From NCBI GenBank assembly GCA_002269645.1, contig NIVC01001201.1, positions 1 through 64,000 of the forward strand: a stretch of DNA of 64,000 nucleotides. The letters run 5' to 3'. A program made the position numbers and the translations under genes. Under the pieces are notes generated by a model that saw only the letters and a list, made by a program, of their open reading frames with translations, was not told the origin of the DNA and did no database searches. Of this stretch, positions 55,514-64,000 are shown piece after piece. The first letter of the stretch is position 1. Every line of letters starts with the position of its first letter. The DNA comes from Macrostomum lignano (lineage: Eukaryota).

Positions 55514-57360
55514 CTATGACGGACACTAAGACAGACACTAAGACATCACTAAGACACTATGACTCTAATACAAACACTATGACAGACAGACAGACACTAA
55601 GACAGACCTGTCCCCCCCCCAGGTACTTCGTGGACCACCCGTCCCGCTATGGGCTGCCGTCCCAGACGGTGTTTCTGGACAGCGGGCGGGGGCGCGGCTG
55701 CACTGCTACTTCATCAAGCAGCCGGGCGACTCTACCCGCCTGCCCACGCTGCTCTTCCTGCACGGCAACGCGGGCAACATCGGGCACCGCCTGCCCAACG
55801 CGGCGCTGCTGTTCCACCAGTGCCGGGTGAACCTCTTCCTGCTGGAGTACCGCGGCTACGGCATCAGCACCGGGGCGCCCTCCGAGACCGGCCTGTACGC
55901 CGACGCCGCCGCAGCGCTGCAGCACCTGAGCCGGCGCTCCGACATCGACCCGCAGCGCGTGCTGCTGTTTGGCCGGTCCCTCGGTGGCGCGGTGGCCATC
56001 GAGCTTGCAGCCCGGCCGGAGACCGCCGCCCTGCTCAGCGGCCTGGTGCTGGAGAACACCTTCACCAGCCTGCCCGAGGCCGCCAGCGTGCTGTTCAGGC
56101 TGCCGCTGCTCAGCTCCCTGCCCGGCCTGGTCATGACCAACAGGTAAGCCTTGTCCCTACAGATCCCATCTTTACAGATCCCATCCCTAAAATCCCAACC
56201 CTTCAATCCCATCCCTACAGATCCCATCCCTACAGATCCCATTTACAGATCCCATCCCTACAGATCCCATCTCTACAGATCCCATCCCTACAATCCCATC
56301 TCTACAGATCCCATCCCTACAGATCCCATTCCTACAGATCTTATCCCTACAGATCCCATCCCTACAGATCCCATCTCTACAGATCCCATCCCTACAGATC
56401 CCATCCCTACAGATCTTATCCCTACAGATCCCATCTCTACAGATCCCATCTCTACAGATCTCATTCCTACAGATCCCATCTCTACAGATCTCATTCCTAC
56501 AGATCCCATCTCTACAGATCCCATCTCTACAGATCCCATCCGTACAGATCCCATCTCTACAGATTCTATCCCTACAGATCCCATCCCTACAATCCCATCT
56601 CTACAGATCCCACCTCTACAGATCCCATCCCTACAATTCCATCCCTACAGATCCCATCCCTACAGATCCCACCTCTACAGATCCCATCCCTACAGATCCC
56701 AATCCTACAGATCCCACCTCTACAGATCTTATCCCTACAGATCCCATCTCTACAGGTCTTATCCCTACAGATCCCATCTCAACAGATCCTATTGTATCTC
56801 AACAATCTCATCTCTACAGATCCCATCTCAACAGATCCTATCTCAACAATCTCATCTCTACAGATCCCATCCCACCAATTCCGTCCTAAAAAAACCACCG
56901 AAACATTCCACCAGGTTGAAATATCCCACTCCTACTTGTGCTACATCTAGAGCTCAATCAAATCCCCATCCTCAGGTTCAACTCCCGTGCCAAAATGCCG
57001 TCTGTCCGCGTGCCGACGCTGTTCATTAGCGGGCTGCGGGACACCCTGATCCCGCCCGCCATGTCTGCCTGCCTGCACAGCCTCTGCGGCTCCGGCGTCC
57101 GCCGCCTGGAGACCTTCGAGTCCGGGGAGCACAACACCACCTGGCAGTGCGCCGGCTACTTCCAGCGCCTCGCCGGCTTCCTGCACTTCGCCTCCGAGAT
57201 GGCGCCGCAGCGCGAGGACTGGCACGCCGGCCAGCACTCAGAGGACGAGGAAGACCAGTCGGCGGGCGCCGCTGCCGCTGCCGCCTCAGCCACCTCCGCT
57301 GCTGGCGGAGCTTCCGCCGGAACCGCCGCAGATGACATTCCGACAATTACTGTGCTGTGA
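55211..57360 (+). CDS. ABHD13: Alpha/beta hydrolase domain protein 13, 3 exons, with a 1-nt frameshift in a G run at ~55690
   Basis: Exons 55211-55452, 55623-56143, 56976-57360. N-terminal TM, LFLHGNAGNIGHRLPNA, EYRGYG, LFGRSLGGAVAI (Ser), ENTF, LFISGLRD (Asp), GEHNTTWQC (His). Exon 2 is one base short of phase. Confidence 0.9.
55466..55610. repeat. (AGAC)n and cactaagacaga repeats filling ABHD13 intron 1
   Basis: Directly visible between donor 55453 and acceptor 55622. Confidence 0.85.
56150..56880. repeat. 15-bp minisatellite filling ABHD13 intron 2
   Basis: (c/t)ctacagatcccatc. Confidence 0.93.
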
Positions 57361-58599
57361 CTCTGTGCGGAACTGCGCTGCTGCTGTTAGGGATAGCAGG
57401 TCACCTGGGCAAGAGGATATTTATCCCTTAGACTGGAATATTAATCCCTTTGACATGGGATATTTATCCCTTTGACATGGGACATTTATCAATTAGACAT
57501 GGCGATATTTTTGGGCATGGAAATATTACCTGGACATGGATATTCCAGGGGATATTTACCTGGGCATGGCGATATTCACCTGAGCATGGGGACATGCTTA
57601 TTTGGGCACTGGGATGAGAAGTTCACCCGAACGGCAGGCCGCGCGATCCCCTCCCTATCTCTCTTTTCCTGGCAGCGAGATTCCCTGCTTTTTGTTTCCC
57701 ATCCCGAGTTCGTGCCTTCATTTATCAAGTGTAGAGTAGAGCAAATATGATGAATTTATGATCCTCTTGATGGCTTGCGACGCGACCTTCGGTGTTCCTT
57801 TGTCCCGGCACTGTGTGTATTTTATGCTTGTCTGCTGCTTACTTTTAGTAGCAATTTTCAAATTGCTGCTGTATGAGAATATGTCAGCCTGCAGTGCCGC
57901 ACTGCATGTCTCATCTATATTGGCCCCCGCTCTGTCACGCAACGCCACTCTTGCAGCTTGTTTTTTGCTCGCTATCTCTGTTAATAAATGCAATACCGTT
58001 GCCATGGTAACCGGATTCCACAGTAAGCGCTCCAATGATTTCTTTCTGCTCCACCAAACTAAAGCCGGGCGATCAAACCGCTCAGTGCAGTGCATTGCGG
58101 CTCAGCTGGTGTGCACCCCGCCCCGCCGCTGGCAGTGCGAAATACACGCCTCTGCGGGCTGCTCCTTTGTTTTTTCAAGATCGCACCAGACCGTACTGTT
58201 TAATGAATCTCTTTAGGGACGCGTTTTAATTATTCTTCATTTCCTTTGAGGATCCTGGCTGGGGGAGGGGGCTGGGAGAAGTCGCTGCTCTGGTGAGTTT
58301 CCGCTCCGAGCGGTCTTCTCAAGCTAATCAAGGCTGAGAAGTACTGCTCGGAGTAACGCGATTTTAATTCCATTGCAATTTTTCTGCGACTAAATATTAG
58401 AGCCATCGCTGCCGAGGAAGTCGAGCTCGATTTTGAGCTGTGCACACATCACCCCGGGACTCGCCTAGTAGAATGTGCATGCCTGAAGATGACAATTCCA
58501 GGGCCACTGAGTCCCTGTAAGAGTGCGTGTCTGCGTACGGCATCCGTGTGCGTTCCCAAAGGTCAGCGACTGCTGCCTGCGGACCGACTGGCGCCTTGG

Positions 58600-60515
58600 A
58601 ATTAATTGGACACCTGCTCCCCTGAACCTTTATTAGACACCTGCCCGCCTGAACCTTAATTGGATACTGCTTACCTGAACCTTAATTGGACACCTGCTTC
58701 CCTGGACCTTAGTTGGACACCTGCTCCCCTAAACCTTAATTGGACACCTGTTCACCTGAAACTTAATTGGACACCTGCTCCCCTGAACCTTAATTGGACA
58801 CATGCTCCCCTGAATCTTTATTGAACACCTGCTCCCCTGAACCTTAATTGGACACATGCTTTCCTTGAACCTTAGTTGGACACCTGCTCCCCTGAATCTT
58901 TATTGGACACCTGTTCACCTGAAACTTAATTGGACACCTGTTCACCTGAAACTTAATTGGACACCTGCTCCCCTGAACCTTAATTGGACACATGCTCCCC
59001 TGAATCTTTATTGGACGCCTGCTCCCCTGAACCTTAATTGGACACATGCTTTCCCTGAACCTTAGTTGGACACCTGCTCCCCTGAATCTTTATTGGACAC
59101 CTGCTCCCCTGAACCTTTATTGGACACCTGCTCCCCTGAATCTTTATTGGACACCTGTTCATCTGAACCTTAATTGGACACCTGTTCACCTGAAACTTAA
59201 TTGGACACATGCTTTCCCTGAACCTTAATTGGACACCTGCTTCCCTGAACCTTAATTGGACACCCGCTCCCCTGAACCTTAATTGAACACCTGTTCACCT
59301 GAAACTTAATTGGACACATGCTTTCCCTGAACCCTAATTGGACACCTGCTTTCCCTGAACCTTAATTGGACACCTGCTTTCCCTGAATCTTAATTGGACA
59401 CCTGCTTCCCTGATCCTTAGTTGGACACCTGTTCACCTGAACCTTAGTTGGACACCTGCTCCCCTGAACCTTAAATGGACACCTGCTCCCCTGAACCTTA
59501 GTTGGACACCTGCTTTCCCTGAACCTTAGTTGGACACATGCTTTCCCTGAACCTTAATTGGACACATGCTTTCCCTGAACCTTAATTGGACACCTGCTCC
59601 CCTGAACCTTAGTTGGACACCTGCTCCCCTGAACCTTAGTTGGACACCTGTTCATCTGAACCTTAGTTGGACACCTGCTCCCCTGAATCTTTATTGGAAA
59701 CCTGCTCCCCTGAACCTTAGTTGAACACCTGCTTTCCCTGAACCTTAGTTGGACACATGCTTTCCCTGAACCTTAATTGGACACATGCTTTCCCTGAACC
59801 TTAATTGGACACCTGCTTCCCTGAACCTTAATTGGACACCCGCTCCCCTGAACCTTAATTGAACACCTGTTCACCTGAAACTTAATTGGACACATGCTTT
59901 CCCTGAACCCTAATTGGACACCTGCTTTCCCTGAACCTTAATTGGACACCTGCTTTCCCTGAATCTTAATTGGACACCTGCTTCCCTGATCCTTAGTTGG
60001 ACACCTGTTCACCTGAACCTTAGTTGGACACCTGCTCCCCTGAACCTTAAATGGACACCTGCTCCCCTGAACCTTAGTTGGACACCTGCTTTCCCTGAAC
60101 CTTAGTTGGACACATGCTTTCCCTGAACCTTAATTGGACACATGCTTTCCCTGAACCTTAATTGGACACCTGCTCCCCTGAACCTTAGTTGGACACCTGT
60201 TCGTCTGAACCTTAGTTGGACACCTGCTCCCCTGAACCTTAGTTGGACACCTGCTTTCCCTGAATCTTAATTGGACACCTGCTTCCCTGAACCTTAATTG
60301 GATACTGCTTACCTGAACCTTAATTGGACACCTGCTTCCCTGGACCTTAGTTGGACACCTGCTCCCCTGAACCTTAATTGGACACCTGTTCACCTGAAAC
60401 TTAATTGGACACATGCTTTCCCTGAACCTTAATTGGACACCTGTTCACCTGAAACTTAATTGGACACATGCTTTCCCTGAACCTTAATTGGACACCTGCT
60501 CCCCTGAACCTTAAA
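58600..60515. repeat. ~27-bp minisatellite (~70 copies) between the convergent ABHD13 and ERK genes
   Basis: ggacacctgctcccctgaaccttaatt, with a large internal duplicated block (~59.2-59.7 kb repeated at ~59.8-60.2 kb). Confidence 0.93.
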
Positions 60516-61074
60516 TGAGCGCACGAACTCAAAAGCTCACTTCTCATTTCGATGCCGCACCAGAAAAGCTTCGACCGCGAATTTAAAAAACTTGATAAAA
60601 GCGGCAGACAATATAAAAAAGTGATAAAAACCAATGTTTCATTTTTACCACACGGCTTTCAACTCAATGCCCGGGGCAGAACGGGACGACAAAACGACGA
60701 TGCATTGAAAATAAACAAAGAAAATTCTCAACCTGAACAGAGTAAAGTACGGGAGATATGACGCTTAAATAAAATAATGGATTTCTATTCGGCAAAAATA
60801 TGATTTCATTCTGGCTGCACCCAGGATTAAAACTGCCCTGTAAATATGCATTAACAATAATCCTCTACCAGCTTATGTACATGTGACATTACGCAAACAT
60901 TGTGACGGCCCTGGTGCTCAGCGTTGTTAATTATAAAGCAGTCTAACAAGACAGTAGACAGGATTGAAGCTGCAATGCCCAATACGGTTAACTAGCAGTT
61001 GGTGCATGCAAATAAATATCTGCTTTGGTCCTTCTGCGCCCAGCAGTGCGAATGGAGTATGGCTTCACTTGAGC

Positions 61075-61700
61075 TGTCTATGGCCTAAGCTGTTTCAGTC
61101 AAGCTGTCTATGACCCAAAATGTGTGAGTCAAGCTGTCTATGACCCAAACTGTATGAGTCAAGCACTGTCTATGACCCAAAATGTGTGAGTCAAGCTGTC
61201 TATGACCCAAACTGTATGAGTCAAGCGCTGTCTATGACCCAAACTCTATGAGTCGAGCGCTGTCTATGACCCAAACTGTATGAGTCAAGCGCTGTCTATG
61301 ACCTAAACTCTATGAGTCAAGCGCTGTCTATGACCCAAACTGTATGAGTCAAGCTGTCTATGACCTAAACTCTATGAGTCAAGCGCTGTCTATGACCCAA
61401 ACTGTATGAGTCAAGCGCTGTCTATGACCCAAACTGTATGAGTCAAGCGCTGTCTATGACACAAACTCTATGAGTCAAGCGCTGTCTATGACACAAAATG
61501 TATGAGTCAAGCTGTCTATGACACAAAATGTATGAGTCAAGCTGTCTATGACCGAAACTGTGTAGGACTCAAATTGTCTATGACCCAAACTGTGTAGGAC
61601 TCAAATTGTCTATGACCCAAACTGTGTAGGACTCAAATTGTCTATGACCCAAACTGTGTAGTACTCAAATTGTCTATGACCCAAACTGTGTAGTACTCAA
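61075..61700. repeat. 32-34-bp minisatellite containing TGAGTCA
   Basis: ctgtctatgacccaaactgtatgagtcaag(cg). Confidence 0.9.
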
Positions 61701-62024
61701 ACTGACGACCCAAATTTCAAGGATTTAAACTGTCAATAACTTTTCCATCTTGGATTGCATGCATTAATTACATTATCGAACAATCAGATGCTACAAAGTA
61801 TACAAAATTCAAATCAAATCAAACAATATTAGACAATTATAGAAAAGTACAAAACTACTATAAATATAACTAAAACAGTAAACAGATAATTATAATACAC
61901 AGCGATCTGACACAGCTAGATAGAATTAATAATGGGCTGGGCACAAAATCAAAAGTGATACAAAACAGTTCAAACGAGTGCAAGTTATTTAACTTGAAAC
62001 AGCAAGTGGCAGCATTTCGGGGGA

Positions 62025-62525
62025 AGGAGATGAGGGAGGGGGTGAGGGAAGGAGATGAGGGAGGGGGTGAGGGAAGGAGATGAGGGAGGGGGTGAGGGAA
62101 GGAGATGAGGGAGGGGTGAGGGAAGGAGATGAGGGAGGGGGTGAGGGAAGGAGATGAGGGAGGGGGCGAGGGAGGGGTGAGGGAAGGAGATGAGGGAGGG
62201 GGTGAGGGAAGGAGATGAGGGAGGGGTGAGGGAAGGAGATGAGGGAGGGGGTGAGGGAAGGAGATGAGGGAGGGGGCGAGGGAGGGGTGAGGGAAGGAGA
62301 TGAGGGAGGGGGTGAGGGAAGGAGATGAGGGAGGGGGTGAGGGAAGGAGATGAGGGAGGGGTGAGGGAAGGAGATGAGGGAGGGGGTGAGGGAAGGAGAT
62401 GAGGGAGGGGGCGAGGGAGGGAGTGAGGGAAGGAGATGAGAGAGGGGGTGAGGGAAGGAGATAAGGAAGGGGGTGAGGGAAGGAGATGAGGGAGGGGTGA
62501 GAGGAGATTGATGGGTGAGGGAAGA
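62025..62525. repeat. ~25-bp polypurine repeat downstream of ERK stop
   Basis: ggtgagggaaggagatgagggaggg. Confidence 0.9.
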
Positions 62526-62736
62526 AGTGAGTGACTGTAAGAATGAGCCGAATAGAAGGGGAAGAGTGAGGAAAAGAGAGGAAGAGATGAAGGGGGGTAA
62601 AAGCAGGGGAGCAATGGATGACGAGCTGCGCGAAGTGAATCAGTAAAGCGGATGTCCGGCCGAAGGAGACTCAGCAGACCTGCAGGCAGGGGTGGCGGCA
62701 GGTCCTCAATAGAGCAAGGAGAATCTCAGGCCGACT

Positions 62737-63891
62737 TCAGGCCTGCCGACTGGCCACCTGCAGCTGGCGCATCCGCTGCGACTCGTCCCAGATGAGCTCC
62801 TTCAGCTGCTCCTTGGGCAGGTCGTCCAGCTCCTGCTCGAAGGTGAACGGCTCCAGAGCCACCGGCTGGGGATTCGGGAGAAGTTGGGAATATCGGGTGT
62901 TTATGAAGAATTTGAGGCTGTTGAATTCTTGTGTAAAGTTTCCTATAACAGCTGAGTTACTAATACTAGCAATACAAGCTGGAGCACCTGGATAAACTGA
63001 ATCTACCTGGAACTGACTCCACCTGGAACTGAATCCACCTGGAACTGAATCCACCTGGAACTGACTCCACCTGGAACTGAATCCACCTGGAACTGACTCC
63101 ACCTGGAACTGAATCCACCTGGAACTGAATCCACCTGGAACTGACTCCACCTGGAACTGAATCCACCTGGAACTGACTCCACCTGGAACTGAATCCACCT
63201 GGAACTGAATCCACCTGGAACTGACTCCACCTGGAACTGAATCCACCTGGAACTGAATCCACCTGGAACTGAATCCACCTGGAACTGAATCTAACCCTAA
63301 CCCACAAATCTTAATTTAACAAATCCACAAATCTCAACCCGATAAATTGCCAGATCCTCCAACCTTAAACCAAAGGCTGAGAACACAAACCCGCCCAGCA
63401 ACAAGCAGACCCCGCACCTCATCCTGGGGATCATAGTACTGCTCCAAGTAGGGATGCGCCAGCGCAGCCTCCACGGTGATCCGTTTCTCAGGATTGAAGG
63501 CCAGCAGGCGGTCCAGCAGTTCCAGGGCGCGAGCGTCAGCATTGGGGAACAGCTGTTGCCAGGAGCGCTTGCCCCTGACCGGCTGCTGCTGCAGGTAATT
63601 GCGCGCCTTGTCATTGCGAATACAGGCCAAGTCCTCCGGCCCGGGGCTGCCCAAGATGTTGAGGATGAGGTTTAGCTGGTCGATGTAGTGCTTGCCGGGG
63701 AACAGCGGCTTGTTGTTGAGCATCTCGGCCAGGATGCAGCCCACTGACCAGATGTCGATGCTCTTGGTGTAGCCCTTGCTGTTCAGCATGATCTCGGGGG
63801 CGCGGTACCAGCGGGTGGCCACGTACTCCGTCAGGATGCCCGTGTGGTCGTGTCCGGGGTCCGCTACCCGGGCTAGACCGAAGTCGCAGAT
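62737..63891 (-). CDS. MAPK1: ERK1/2-type MAP kinase, last two exons (5' part lies beyond the window)
   Basis: Exons 63891-63418 and 62865-62737, phase 0. [56 protein letters not shown] (TEY loop); [12 protein letters not shown]|[20 protein letters not shown]. Confidence 0.95.
63000..63290. repeat. 16-bp minisatellite in the last ERK intron
   Basis: tccacctggaactga(a/c), ~18 copies. Confidence 0.93.
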
Positions 63892-64000
63892 CTGCGGGGG
63901 AAAGAGGGGGATGAGCATCAGCGAAGTGTTCACTGATCCCACTGCGGAGATCCCCCGAGTCCCTGAATCCCACTGTGTAGATCCCCAGATCTCTAAATCC

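Overview
Eukaryotic genomic DNA. GC-rich, Ala/Gly/Ser-rich exons sit between AT-rich intergenic stretches, and nearly every intron carries a minisatellite. This architecture resembles the free-living flatworm Macrostomum (inference, not shown by the sequence). Ten protein-coding loci were reconstructed by eye from splice sites and reading phase: ERH, CD2BP2, TTBK, a GPI-anchored Ly6/uPAR-like gene with two lesions, a secreted cadherin-like/EGF/LamG protein, WDR53, EMC5, gluconokinase IDNK, ABHD13 (1-nt frameshift) and the 3' end of ERK. Also present are MITEs (two hAT-type copies with 8-bp TSDs, one TA-flanked foldback), LINE fragments, tRNA-derived pieces and about 35 distinct tandem arrays. 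Most long ORFs in the supplied track are repeat artefacts. The best candidate for an undescribed system is a dispersed family of ~55-65-bp mimics of the 28S rRNA R2/I-PpoI target site. There are four copies: two inside a hAT MITE, one in the CD2BP2 3'UTR and one in an EMC5 intron. In all four, the flanks and the 20-21-nt spacing are kept while the cleavage core is altered. Other highlights: a private minisatellite in almost every intron, a 43-bp unit that is a 36-nt GT-AG mini-intron plus 7 nt, a minisatellite built from a tRNA A-box, and a probable EMC5-WDR53 dicistronic unit.
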